Source of the DNA: an uncultured Rhizobiaceae bacterium | Lineage (GTDB): Bacteria > Pseudomonadota > Alphaproteobacteria > CADEGL01 | Length of the DNA stretch: 47,071 nt | Assembly (NCBI GenBank): GCA_964477375.1 | Contig: CAYZFH010000001.1 | Span: 3,367-50,437 of the forward strand | Direction of reading: 5' to 3' | Part shown: positions 8,247 to 17,224 of the stretch, piece by piece | Layout of the letters: each line of letters begins with the position of its first letter | Position numbering within the stretch: the stretch's first letter is position 1 | Program-made: the position numbers and the translations under genes | The notes under the pieces: model-generated | The model's input: the letters and a program-made list of their open reading frames with translations, nothing else | Told to the model about the DNA's origin: nothing | Databases searched by the model: none

Positions 8247-8892
8247 AGCTGATCGCCAGTTCCAGCGCGGCCGATTCCAGCAGAGCGCCCATGGTTTTTG
8301 GGGCGTGGGCGCGCCGTCCTGATTTGCCGAAGAACGGACCGCCGCCTTCCATCAGCGCATAGATGCAGGCGGCAGTGCCGCGCCGGCCGGCTTCGTCGAG
8401 ATCCGGACGCAGAGCTTCCAGCAGGATCGCGTATTGGGTGGTGACCCAGTCGTACCAGTCGCCCACGATCGTGCCAGCTTCCTCGTCATGCGCGGCGAAG
8501 GCCCATTTCTCCCAGGCCTGCGCCTTCACCACCTCGTCGCGGCTCAGCGAATTTTCGTAGCGCAGCATGGTCAGAATGCGCGTGCGTGGCTCGGCCGGCG
8601 CGCCCGCCAGATGCTTCGTCCAACGCTCCTTCTGCCGGCTCACCTGATAGGACAGGACGGCGCGCAACAGCGTCGTCTTGGTCGGGAAATAATATTGAAG
8701 ATTGCCTTTGCGCACGCCGGTGGCGCTGGCGATCTTGCCGATGCTCAGGCTGGCGTAACCCTCGCGCCCCATGATCTCGAGCGCGGTCGCCAGGATATGG
8801 TCCGAGGTGCGGCGGCCCTTGGGCGAACGCGGGCGGGCGCTGTCACGGGCCGGTGCCGCGCGGCGCGGCGAGTCCGTTCGTCGTGCGGCCAC
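8230..8892 (-). CDS. TetR/AcrR-family transcriptional regulator
   Basis: HTH region ILATALEIMGREGYASLSIGKIASATGVRKGNLQYYFPTKTTLL. GTG start with AGGGGA RBS. Divergent from the PhyH operon. The 3' end overlaps the DUF423 gene by 17 nt. Confidence 0.9.
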   Translation of the reverse strand: MAARRTDSPRRAAPARDSARPRSPKGRRTSDHILATALEIMGREGYASLSIGKIASATGVRKGNLQYYFPTKTTLLRAVLSYQVSRQKERWTKHLAGAPAEPRTRILTMLRYENSLSRDEVVKAQAWEKWAFAAHDEEAGTIVGDWYDWVTTQYAILLEALRPDLDEAGRRGTAACIYALMEGGGPFFGKSGRRAHAPKTMGALLESAALELAISFKPST

Positions 8893-8987
8893 TGTGTCGA
8901 ATCCCCTGTGTTCCGGTTCCCCGCGCTTAAACTAAGCGCCGCAGGCCCGCTAGTCACGGGTTGACTTGGCTGGATTATTCTCTCTTA

Positions 8988-9007
8988 ATTAGGCCGTACG
9001 ACCTAAT
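8988..9007. promoter_or_regulatory. Candidate TetR operator overlapping a sigma70-like promoter
   Basis: ATTAGGcCGTACGaCCTAAT, with 9 of 10 symmetric pairs. It overlaps the -10 of TTGACT (8961-8966)-N17-CTTAAT (8984-8989), 14 nt upstream of the PhyH ATG at 9021. Confidence 0.4.
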
Positions 9008-9020
9008 AATAGAGGCCGCC

Positions 9021-9938
9021 ATGCCCGCTTCGCCCCTGCCCACGCCGACCAGCGATCTTGCCCGCCTGAAGGCGGACATGGACACGCATGGCTACTGCCT
9101 TGTGGCCGATGCGCTCACTCCAGCACAGGTCGCGACGGCCCGGCAACGGCTGGAGGAGCAGGCCGAGGCCGAGCGTCAGCAAGGCATCCGCATTCAGAAC
9201 GCGCCCCATGTGGACGAGATCAACCAATGGGTGACGATGCTGATCAACAAGGGGCCGATCTTCGCCGAGCTGGCGACCAACCCCGCGACGCTGGCGGTCG
9301 TCGATCATGTCATCGGCGGCGATTTCCTCCTGTCGGTGCTGGAGGCCCATCTGGTGCGCGCGGGCGGCGCGCCCATGTCGCTCCATTGCGACCAATGGTG
9401 GCTGCCGTTCCCCGCTCCGGCCGATGCCTCTTATGCGCGCGTCGGCAAGATCACGCGCGCCACCGTGCCGACCACGCCGGCCGATCCCGCGGGCAAGGTG
9501 ATTTGGCCCGCGGCCGTGGTGAACTGCATGTTCATGCTGACCGATTACACCGAACGAAACGGCGCCACGCGCATCGTGCCCGGCAGCCATCTGAGCGGGG
9601 CGCAGCCTTTGGCGGCTATTCCCCATCCGGTGGAGACGATCGCCGCCGAGGCGCCGGCCGGCACCGCGGTCATCTTCGAAGGGCGCACCTGGCACGCCGC
9701 CGGCCTCAACACGACCAATCAGGCGCGGCTCGGCGTCACCTGCACCTATTGCGGGCCGATGTTCCGCCAGCTCACCAACTTCACCGTCGGGACTTGCGAC
9801 GACGTGCTGCAAGGCGCTTCGCCTTTGCTGCGCCGCCTCTTGGGCTTCAAGATCTGGTCGACCTATGGCGGCGTGGACGACCATGCGGCCGAGTTCATCG
9901 AACGCGCGCCGGGCAAGGTCCGCGAACTGTCGCCCTAG
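9021..9938 (+). CDS. Phytanoyl-CoA dioxygenase (PhyH) family Fe(II)/2-oxoglutarate oxygenase
   Basis: 305 aa from ATG 9021. It has the HxD facial-triad motif (MSLHCDQWW), [11 protein letters not shown] and a distal His in GRTWHAAG. The TTG at 8961 in the ORF track lies inside the promoter/operator and is rejected. Confidence 0.8.
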   Translation: MPASPLPTPTSDLARLKADMDTHGYCLVADALTPAQVATARQRLEEQAEAERQQGIRIQNAPHVDEINQWVTMLINKGPIFAELATNPATLAVVDHVIGGDFLLSVLEAHLVRAGGAPMSLHCDQWWLPFPAPADASYARVGKITRATVPTTPADPAGKVIWPAAVVNCMFMLTDYTERNGATRIVPGSHLSGAQPLAAIPHPVETIAAEAPAGTAVIFEGRTWHAAGLNTTNQARLGVTCTYCGPMFRQLTNFTVGTCDDVLQGASPLLRRLLGFKIWSTYGGVDDHAAEFIERAPGKVRELSP

Positions 9939-9996
9939 CCTGCGTCGACGCGGCGCGCGACAATCGGGCGAGAATCGCGATGAGGGGGAGGACACC

Positions 9997-10884
9997 ATGA
10001 ACTATGAAGTGATCGTCACCTGCGCCATCACGGGCGCGGGCGATACGGTGGGACGCCATCCGGCGATTCCGGTGACGCCGCAGCAGATCGCGGATTCCGC
10101 GATCGAGGCCGCCAAGGCCGGCGCATCGGTCGTCCATTGCCATGTCCGTGATCCCAAGACCGGCAAGGGCACACGCGACGTGAATCTCTACCGCGAGGTG
10201 GTCGAGCGCATCCGCAAAAGCGGCGTGGACGTCGTGCTCAATCTGACCTGCGGCATGGGTGGAGACCTCACCGTCGACGATGCGGATCCCACGCGCCCCG
10301 GCCCCGGCACCGATCTGGTCGACGCTATGACGCGTCTCGAGCATGTCGTCGAGCTGCGGCCGGAAATCTGCACGCTCGATTGCGGCACGATGAATTTCGG
10401 CGACGGTAATACGATCGTTATCCAGACGCCCAACATGCTGCGCGCGATGGCCAAGCGTGTGCGCGAACTGGGTGTAAAGCCGGAACTCGAAGTGTTCGAC
10501 ACCGGCCAGCTTTGGTTCGGCAAGCAGATGTACCAAGAGGGTCTGCTCGACGATCCGCCGCTGTTCCAGCTTTGCCTGGGCATCCCGTGGGGCGCGCCGG
10601 CCGACAGCCAGACCATGGCGCACATGGTGCAGCAATTGCCGCCCAGCGCCGTCTGGGCCGGTTTCGGTATCAGCCGCGCCCAGATGCCGATGGTGGCGCA
10701 GGCCGCGCTGCTCGGCGGCAATGTGCGCGTGGGCCTCGAGGACAATCTCTATTTGGAGAAAGGCGTCTTCGCGACCAATGCCCAGCTGGTCGAAAAGGCC
10801 ATCCGGATTTTGCGGGAATTGGGCGCGCGGCCCTGCACGGCCGAGGAGACCCGGCAGAGGTTGCGGCTTAAGAAGCAGCGCTAG
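9997..10884 (+). CDS. Beta-keto acid cleavage enzyme (BKACE / 3-keto-5-aminohexanoate cleavage enzyme family, DUF849)
   Basis: 295 aa. The start [15 protein letters not shown], the zinc motif VVHCHVRDP and GLEDNLY are typical of Kce/BKACE. GGGGGAGG RBS at 9984-9991. Confidence 0.85.
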   Translation: MNYEVIVTCAITGAGDTVGRHPAIPVTPQQIADSAIEAAKAGASVVHCHVRDPKTGKGTRDVNLYREVVERIRKSGVDVVLNLTCGMGGDLTVDDADPTRPGPGTDLVDAMTRLEHVVELRPEICTLDCGTMNFGDGNTIVIQTPNMLRAMAKRVRELGVKPELEVFDTGQLWFGKQMYQEGLLDDPPLFQLCLGIPWGAPADSQTMAHMVQQLPPSAVWAGFGISRAQMPMVAQAALLGGNVRVGLEDNLYLEKGVFATNAQLVEKAIRILRELGARPCTAEETRQRLRLKKQR

Positions 10885-10970
10885 AGCCGCAATCGCGTCA
10901 TCCCCGAAACGCATGGCGGGCGCGGCTTCGCGGCTTGCCCGGTGTGGCCGATCGGCCTAGGTTTTCGGCC

Positions 10971-12206
10971 ATGACAGCCATTGCCACGACGACCACGTTC
11001 CGCGCCGACGCCAAGGTCATGGGTCTGGTCGGCACGGCGCATTTCAGCAGCCACTTCTTTCAATTGGCGCTGGCGCCGCTGTTTCCGATCCTGGCCATGC
11101 AATTCGGCGTCAGCTTCGCCGAGCTGGGGGCGGTCGTCACGGTCTTCTATGTCGCGTCCGGCATCTGCCAGGCCTTCGCCGGCATCGTGGTCGATCGTTT
11201 CGGCGCGCGCCCCATTCTGGCGCTCGGCTTGGCATTGTTGGCCGGCTCAATCGCGCTGTCGGGTCTCGTTACACACTATTGGATGCTTTTGCCGCTCGCG
11301 ATCCTGGCCGGCATCGGCAACAGCGTGTTCCATCCGGCGGATTTCTCGATCCTGACCGCCAAGATCGACAAGACCCGCATCGGCCGTGCCTACAGCATTC
11401 ACGCGCTGCTCGGCACCATCGGCTATGCCATGGCGCCGGTCGTGATCACTTTGCTGGCGGAGCAGCTTGGCAACTGGCGGCCCGCTTTGATCGTTCCGGG
11501 CGTGGCCGGCGTCGTCATCGCGTTGATCCTGTGGCGTTCGCCGACCTTGGTGGTGACGCCGACCCATCTTCGCGGCGGTAAAACCGCGGGCGAAACGGCG
11601 GCGTTCAGCTATGGGCGCCTGATCGCCAATCCCGCGATCGTCGCTTCGTTCCTGTATTTCGTCTTCACGGCGGGGGCCAGCATCGGCCTGACGTCGTTCA
11701 GCGTCTCCGCCTTCTCAGAAATCTTCAGTTTCACGACAGGCGATCAGATCGCCCAGGCCGGTTTGCTTCTGACCGCGTTCCTGGTTTCCAGCGCCTCCGG
11801 CATGCTGATCGGCGGCATCATCGCCGACCGCACCACGCGCCATCACATCGTGGCCATGGCGGGCATGACGTCCGCGGCCCTGTTCATGCTGCTGTTGGCC
11901 TTCGGCGATTTGTCCTACTGGGCGACGGTCGCGGCGATGGCGATCGCCGGACTGACCTATGGCAGCACAGCGCCTTCGCGCGACATGCTGGTGCGCGCGG
12001 CGACACCGCCGGGCGCCACGGGCAAGGTCTTCGGCTTTGTCTATTCTGGTCTGGACGTGGGTTCGTGGCTGGTGCCGGTGTTCTACGGCGGTTTCATCGA
12101 CAACCACACGCCGCACTACGTGTTCCTGACCTCGGCCGTCCTGTTCGCCTTTGCGATCGGCACGGTCATGCAGGTGCGCAAGCGTTCGGTGCCGAAGCCC
12201 GCCTAA
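10971..12206 (+). CDS. MFS transporter
   Basis: 411 aa with about 12 hydrophobic helices and the MFS loop motif VDRFGARP between TM2 and TM3. ATG at 10971. Confidence 0.85.
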   Translation: MTAIATTTTFRADAKVMGLVGTAHFSSHFFQLALAPLFPILAMQFGVSFAELGAVVTVFYVASGICQAFAGIVVDRFGARPILALGLALLAGSIALSGLVTHYWMLLPLAILAGIGNSVFHPADFSILTAKIDKTRIGRAYSIHALLGTIGYAMAPVVITLLAEQLGNWRPALIVPGVAGVVIALILWRSPTLVVTPTHLRGGKTAGETAAFSYGRLIANPAIVASFLYFVFTAGASIGLTSFSVSAFSEIFSFTTGDQIAQAGLLLTAFLVSSASGMLIGGIIADRTTRHHIVAMAGMTSAALFMLLLAFGDLSYWATVAAMAIAGLTYGSTAPSRDMLVRAATPPGATGKVFGFVYSGLDVGSWLVPVFYGGFIDNHTPHYVFLTSAVLFAFAIGTVMQVRKRSVPKPA

Positions 12207-12228
12207 CGTCGTCCGCATCACGGAGGGG

Positions 12229-13032
12229 ATGATGACGGAGGTTCTCTGGGGAAATTTGCGGGCGCCAGCCTTGCGCGCGCTCGCCGCGCGCGGTGCGCTT
12301 GCCATCGTGCCCGTGGGTTCCATCGAGCAGCACGGCCCCCATCTGCCGGTCCAGGTCGATGCCCTGCTGGCGGGCGAGATCGCGCGCCGCGCGGCGGTGA
12401 AGGTCGCGAAGAAGCAACCCGTTGTCGTCGCGCCCACGATCTGGTCGGGCCTGGCCGAACATCACATGTCGCTGGGCGGCACCATCACGCTCGACCTGCC
12501 GACGTTCCACGCGGTGATCCGCTGCGTCTGCGCTTCCATCCTGCGTCACGGCTTCAAGCGCATTTTGATCCTGAACGGCCATGGCGGGAACATCGCGGCG
12601 TTGACAGTCCTGGTCGGTGAGCTGGCGCGCGATCTCGACGCCTCCATTGCCACCGCAACCTACTGGACGATGCCGGAGACGCAGGCCTCGTTCGCCAAGA
12701 TCCTGAAGAAGCAGAAAACCGTGCGTCACGCCTGCGAGGCCGAGACGTCGATGCTGCTCGTGCTGAAGCCCGAGCTGGTCGACCGCGCCGCCGCGCGGAG
12801 CGTGCGTGCGCCGATCGAGGGGCTGGCGCCGGAGGACGGCATCTACCGCTATCGCCCCATCGCCCATTGGACGAAGTCGGGCGTGCTGGGCGTGCCCTCG
12901 GCGGCATCGGTGGATAAGGGCGAGAAACTTCTCGAAGCGGCGGCTGCTTCCGTCGCGAATGCGATTCTGGCTGGCAAGGCATGGCGGAGCGATGACGCCT
13001 CTCCTCGTAAGCGAAAGGGTAAGCGTTCATGA
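12229..13032 (+). CDS. Creatininase-family amidohydrolase
   Basis: 267 aa. The metal-binding motifs GSIEQHGPHLP, NGHGGN and ACEAETS are typical of the creatinine amidohydrolase/MftE family. GGAGGGG RBS. Confidence 0.85.
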   Translation: MMTEVLWGNLRAPALRALAARGALAIVPVGSIEQHGPHLPVQVDALLAGEIARRAAVKVAKKQPVVVAPTIWSGLAEHHMSLGGTITLDLPTFHAVIRCVCASILRHGFKRILILNGHGGNIAALTVLVGELARDLDASIATATYWTMPETQASFAKILKKQKTVRHACEAETSMLLVLKPELVDRAAARSVRAPIEGLAPEDGIYRYRPIAHWTKSGVLGVPSAASVDKGEKLLEAAAASVANAILAGKAWRSDDASPRKRKGKRS

Positions 13033-13520
13033 AACTTCGATTGCTCGCATGCGCGGCGGCATTCGCCGTTCTCGGTTCCGTTCCGGTTCTGGCCGCGATT
13101 GGAAGCCAAGCCGATTGGCAGTTCGCCGAACGGCCGACCCAGAACGGCGATAAGAAACTGATCTCGGCCAGCACGGGATCCGCCATCGATGGCCAGCCTG
13201 TCTCGCTGACCATCTCGTGCATCGGCGGCAAGCCGGCCGTCACGTTGCAGGCGCCGGCCAACTGGACCGTCCAGCGATTCCAGTTCCAGTTCGACGAAGC
13301 GCAGGTCCGCAATATCGTCGACGAGATTCAGACCAAGGACACCGTGATGGTGGTGCGGGGCCGCCCCGCGCGATTCTTCATCCGCAGCGCTTCGGAGGCG
13401 AAATCGGTCCTGGTCACCTATGCGGCCCAGCCGGAATCGCAGGGCGTCCGTTACGATCTGTCGGGTTTCCAGGCCGGCGCGGCGGACCTTTTGGCCGCGT
13501 GCAAGGATGCGCTGATCTAG
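13029..13520 (+). CDS. Secreted hypothetical protein (Sec signal peptide)
   Basis: 163 aa. MKLRLLACAAAFAVLGSVPVLA|AIG is a classical signal peptide. The ATGA overlap with the preceding stop indicates translational coupling. No family recognised. Confidence 0.7.
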   Translation: MKLRLLACAAAFAVLGSVPVLAAIGSQADWQFAERPTQNGDKKLISASTGSAIDGQPVSLTISCIGGKPAVTLQAPANWTVQRFQFQFDEAQVRNIVDEIQTKDTVMVVRGRPARFFIRSASEAKSVLVTYAAQPESQGVRYDLSGFQAGAADLLAACKDALI

Positions 13521-13626
13521 CGTTCATTTTTCTCCCCCCGATTGCGCCGGTGTAGGGGGGAGGGATAGTCTGCCTCCATCGGAGCATATCGGCCGTTCGA
13601 CACGAAGACACGGGGAGACGCGCGCC

Positions 13627-14499
13627 ATGAGTTACAAAAGCATCTTGGTCCATATCGACGACAGCAAGCGCAATGCGGCGCGGCTCGATTTCGCGATTGA
13701 CATGGCCATCGCCCACAAGGCGCATCTGACCGGCGTCTACGTGCTGCGTCCGCCCACCGCCGTGCTCTATGCCGAAGGCGGCATGCCGGTCGAGTTCTAC
13801 GAGAAGGAAGCAGCCGCGACGCAGGATTTGGCCGATAAGGCCAAGGCCGCGTTCGAGAAGCGCCTGGGCAAGGAAAGCCTGTCGTTCGAATGGCGTCAGG
13901 GCCAGGGCGACCATGCCGAGGTCATCACCACCAACGCGCGTTACGCCGACATTACCATCATGGGTCAGACCGACCTGGAGGACACCTCGTCGTCCACGCC
14001 CCCCGATCTTGCCGAGCTGATCGCGCTGTCCAGCGGCCGCCCGATCCTGACCGTTCCCTTCGCGGGCACGTTCAAGTTCGGCCAACCGCACATCATGGTG
14101 GCTTGGAACGGCAGCCGTGAGGCCACGCGCGCCGTGCACGACACGCTGCCCCTGCTTCAGAGCGCCAAGAAGGTGACGGTGCTGGTGGTTTCCCAGAAGA
14201 AGGAAGCCGAAGGCCACGGCGAGCAGCCGGGCGCCGACATCGCCCTCTATCTTGCCCGCCATGGCGTGAAGGCCGAGGCGCATTTCGTCGTCGCGCCGCA
14301 TGACAGCTCCGCCGGCCACCGCTTCTCGCTGCCCAAGATCGACGTGGGCGGCGAGGTTCTATCGCGCGCGGCGGATTTCGGCGCCGATATGATCGTGATG
14401 GGCGCCTATGGCCACTCGCGCTTGCGCGAACTGGTGCTGGGCGGCGTGACCCACCACGTCTTCCGCCACATGACCGTTCCGGTCGTGGTCTCGCACTAA
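13627..14499 (+). CDS. Universal stress protein, tandem UspA domains
   Basis: 290 aa with two Usp halves. The second ends in ADMIVMGAYGHSRLRELVLGGVTHHVFRHMTVPVVVSH, the canonical Usp ATP-binding C-terminus. Confidence 0.9.
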   Translation: MSYKSILVHIDDSKRNAARLDFAIDMAIAHKAHLTGVYVLRPPTAVLYAEGGMPVEFYEKEAAATQDLADKAKAAFEKRLGKESLSFEWRQGQGDHAEVITTNARYADITIMGQTDLEDTSSSTPPDLAELIALSSGRPILTVPFAGTFKFGQPHIMVAWNGSREATRAVHDTLPLLQSAKKVTVLVVSQKKEAEGHGEQPGADIALYLARHGVKAEAHFVVAPHDSSAGHRFSLPKIDVGGEVLSRAADFGADMIVMGAYGHSRLRELVLGGVTHHVFRHMTVPVVVSH

Positions 14500-14529
14500 G
14501 GCGGTTTCGCTCCGGCCGAGGGGCGCCTG

Positions 14530-15138
14530 TCAGGCGCTCCCGGCCGCCAGCGCCATCCGGACCAAATCGGACAGGCTGCGGGCACCCATCTTCTCCATCA
14601 CGTTGGCACGGTGGATTTCGACCGTGCGCGGGCTGATGTCCAGCACGTGCGCGATGGCTTTGTTCTGCAGTCCCTCGACCAGGCGGTCCAGCACCTCGCG
14701 TTCGCGCGGGCTCAGGCGCGCGAGCCGCGCTTCTGCCTCGGCTTTCCCGCCGACCGCGCGTGCGCGTTGCTCGACCTGGTTTGCCGCGCGCGTGACGGCG
14801 TCCAGGATCGTCTCGTCCGAATAGGGCTTCTCGACGAAATCGACCGCGCCGTCGCGCATGGCCTGAACCGCCATCGGGATGTCGCCATGCCCGCTCATCA
14901 CCACGACCGGCAGCATGTGGCCGGCCAGGCGGCGCTGAAGCTCGAGCCCGTCCATCTCGGGCATGCGCACATCGGTCAAGACGCACCCGCGCGTGCCCTT
15001 GTCGATCGCGGCCAAAAGCTTCGGCGCCGATTCGAACGCGCGCACCTCGAAGCCGCGGGTCTGCAGCAGCGCCGCCAGCGAATCGCGGACGGCCTCGTCG
15101 TCGTCGACGACGAAAATCGTGACCTTCTTTTCAGCCAT
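14530..15138 (-). CDS. Two-component response regulator, FixJ/NarL (LuxR-HTH) family
   Basis: 202 aa. REC domain (VVDDDEAVR...VLTDVRMPEMDG...KP) plus C-terminal LSPREREVLDRLVEGLQNKAIAHVLDISPRTVEIHRANVMEKMG. The start overlaps the kinase stop by 8 nt. Confidence 0.9.
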   Translation of the reverse strand: MAEKKVTIFVVDDDEAVRDSLAALLQTRGFEVRAFESAPKLLAAIDKGTRGCVLTDVRMPEMDGLELQRRLAGHMLPVVVMSGHGDIPMAVQAMRDGAVDFVEKPYSDETILDAVTRAANQVEQRARAVGGKAEAEARLARLSPREREVLDRLVEGLQNKAIAHVLDISPRTVEIHRANVMEKMGARSLSDLVRMALAAGSA

Positions 15139-17164
15139 GGCTCGCGCCGAAGGCCGGCAGGGTGAAGGCGAAGACGGCGCCGCCCGACGGGTTCGCTTCG
15201 TGCCGGAGGCGGCCGTGATGGGCCTCGACGATGGTCCGGCAGATGGAAAGCCCCACGCCCATGCCGTCGGCCTTGGTGGTGACGAAGGGCTCGAACAGCC
15301 GGCCTTCGATCTCGGGCGCCAGGCCCGGGCCGCTGTCGATCACGGCGACCTCGACGCCGCCCTCCGGCGTCGCGCGCGTGCGGATCGACAATTCGCGGCG
15401 CGGCGAGTTGGCCATGGCGTCGATCGCGTTGCGCACCAGGTTGATCACGACCTGCTGGATCTGCAGACGGTCGACGGCCACGTCCGGCAGGTTGGGCGCC
15501 AGGTCCAAGACCGTGCGGACGCCGGCGTTGCTGGCGCCGGCAAGCGCCAGTGCGTTGGCCTCGGCGACCAGGCGATTGGCGCTTTCGCGCGTGATCTCGG
15601 GCTCGCGCTTCTTCAGGAACGAGCGCAGGTTGCGGATGATGCCGCCGGCGCGCTCGGCCTGGGCCGCGGCCTTGCCGATGACGTAGCGGGTCTTCACGCG
15701 CCAGTCAGCGTCCTCGTCGGTTAGCAAATGCTTGCCGGCCTGGACGTAGTTCATGATCGCGGTCAGCGGCTGGTTGATCTCGTGCGCCAACGCCGAGGCG
15801 ATGTGCCCCATGGTGCTGAGCCGCGTGACGTGCAGCAACTCGCTCTGCAGCTCCTGCAGGCGGCGCTCGGTCGATTGCCGTTTGGAGATGTCGTGGATGA
15901 ACACGGTGAGGATGCGGCGCTCGCGCGTGCGCGCCTCGCCGATCGAAAGCTCGGTCGGAAAGGCCGAACCGTCCTTGCGGTGCGCCATCACGGCGCGGTT
16001 CCGGCCCGGCGACAGATGGCCGGGTAGATCGCTTTCGTAATCCTCGCGATAGGGGCTCGACAGCAGCATGGCGAAGCTTTGGCCGACAAGCTCGGATTCG
16101 GCATAGCCGAACAAGCTCGAGGCCGCCGCGCCGAAGGATTCGATCTTGCCGTCTTCGTTGACCGTGACGAGCGCGTCCGGCACGGCGTCCAGGATCGAGC
16201 GCAGGCGCGCCTCGCGTTCCGTCAGCGCCTTTTCGCTGATGCGCCGCGCGTCCGAGGCGGTGAACACGACATAGGTCGCGATGGCCGTGGTCGACAGGAA
16301 CGCCTGCAGCCAGATCACCTGATCGGCCAGCGAACCCATGATCTGGGTGGTCGGCCCTTCGCCGAGGGAGGTCGCCCAGGAACCGACGACGGAGACGGCG
16401 ACCAGGAGCGTCACGATCTCAAGGGCCGTGCGGCGGACGGCCAGCCATACGAAGATCGGCACCAGCACATAGACGCCCATCAAGCGCAGCGTCTGGCTGG
16501 TCAGGAAGTCCATGAAGACCACGGCCGTGATGCCCAGGATCGCGAGGGCGAAGACATAGGCCGAGCGGGAATGCCCCGCCGCGTGCAGGGCTTCGCGCGG
16601 GCGCATCCAGGCCAAGATGGCGGGCGTGATGAACAGCGTGCCGGTGAAGACTGCGGGCGCCCAAACGATCCAGACCAGGCCATAGAAGGCGGCGAAGGCG
16701 TTCTGGTAGGCGGCCGCGCCCAGCGTCGCGGACAGAGCCGCGTTCACCATGGCCGCGGCGATCAGCGCCATGACCGGCCGGCGCGCGTCCAGCGGCAAGA
16801 CCGAGCCCGCGATCGCCTTGTAAACAAAGGCCGCGACCAGCGCGGCGACGATACCGTTCGAGGCGAGCCACAGGCCGAGCCAGAACGGCCCGCCGGAGAG
16901 GTAGATCACGATGGCCTCGGCCGCGAACAGCGCCGCCATCAACGGCAGCCAGTCGCGTTTTGGCCACCACAGGAACGCCGCCAGCGCCACGCCGGCGGAC
17001 ATCGAGCAGACCGCGATCTCCTGCGGCTCGATCCGCAGATGGATGTCGAGCAGGGTCGTGATCGCCCCGAGCGCGGCGATGACCAGACATGCCAGGGGCA
17101 AGGGGGCACGGCCTGACCGGAGGGGTGCGCTTGGGTGGGGGGTCACGTCGGACTTTCGGGGCAA
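15131..17164 (-). CDS. Sensor histidine kinase: multi-pass membrane module (MASE1-like) + PAS + FixL-type HisKA/HATPase
   Basis: 677 aa. Residues 1-300 have about 8 hydrophobic helices and residues 318-430 form a PAS domain. The stretch RLQELQSELLHVTRLSTMGHIASALAHEINQPL is almost identical in pattern to the FixL H-box region. TTG start at 17164 (GTG at 17146 is an alternative). Confidence 0.85.
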   Translation of the reverse strand: MPRKSDVTPHPSAPLRSGRAPLPLACLVIAALGAITTLLDIHLRIEPQEIAVCSMSAGVALAAFLWWPKRDWLPLMAALFAAEAIVIYLSGGPFWLGLWLASNGIVAALVAAFVYKAIAGSVLPLDARRPVMALIAAAMVNAALSATLGAAAYQNAFAAFYGLVWIVWAPAVFTGTLFITPAILAWMRPREALHAAGHSRSAYVFALAILGITAVVFMDFLTSQTLRLMGVYVLVPIFVWLAVRRTALEIVTLLVAVSVVGSWATSLGEGPTTQIMGSLADQVIWLQAFLSTTAIATYVVFTASDARRISEKALTEREARLRSILDAVPDALVTVNEDGKIESFGAAASSLFGYAESELVGQSFAMLLSSPYREDYESDLPGHLSPGRNRAVMAHRKDGSAFPTELSIGEARTRERRILTVFIHDISKRQSTERRLQELQSELLHVTRLSTMGHIASALAHEINQPLTAIMNYVQAGKHLLTDEDADWRVKTRYVIGKAAAQAERAGGIIRNLRSFLKKREPEITRESANRLVAEANALALAGASNAGVRTVLDLAPNLPDVAVDRLQIQQVVINLVRNAIDAMANSPRRELSIRTRATPEGGVEVAVIDSGPGLAPEIEGRLFEPFVTTKADGMGVGLSICRTIVEAHHGRLRHEANPSGGAVFAFTLPAFGASHG

Positions 17165-17224
17165 CCAGCCGGGCCTTTTTTACCCCGCGCGGCGGGGTGG
17201 GCGGAAGCCGGGGCGGCAATTCTC

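Noticed and set aside
13521-13626. C-run/G-run hairpin (TCCCCCC...GGGGGGA) upstream of the Usp gene as a riboswitch or sRNA
   Set aside because: It is a single 7-bp stem with a 15-nt loop, with no further conserved-looking structure or known riboswitch motif. The evidence is insufficient.
17165-17224. Hairpin CCCCGC-gcg-GCGGGG between the MFS pump and the FixL-like kinase as a terminator
   Set aside because: On the transcribed (minus) strand the stem is followed by an A-run rather than a U-run, so it does not fit an intrinsic terminator. The two genes may be co-transcribed.
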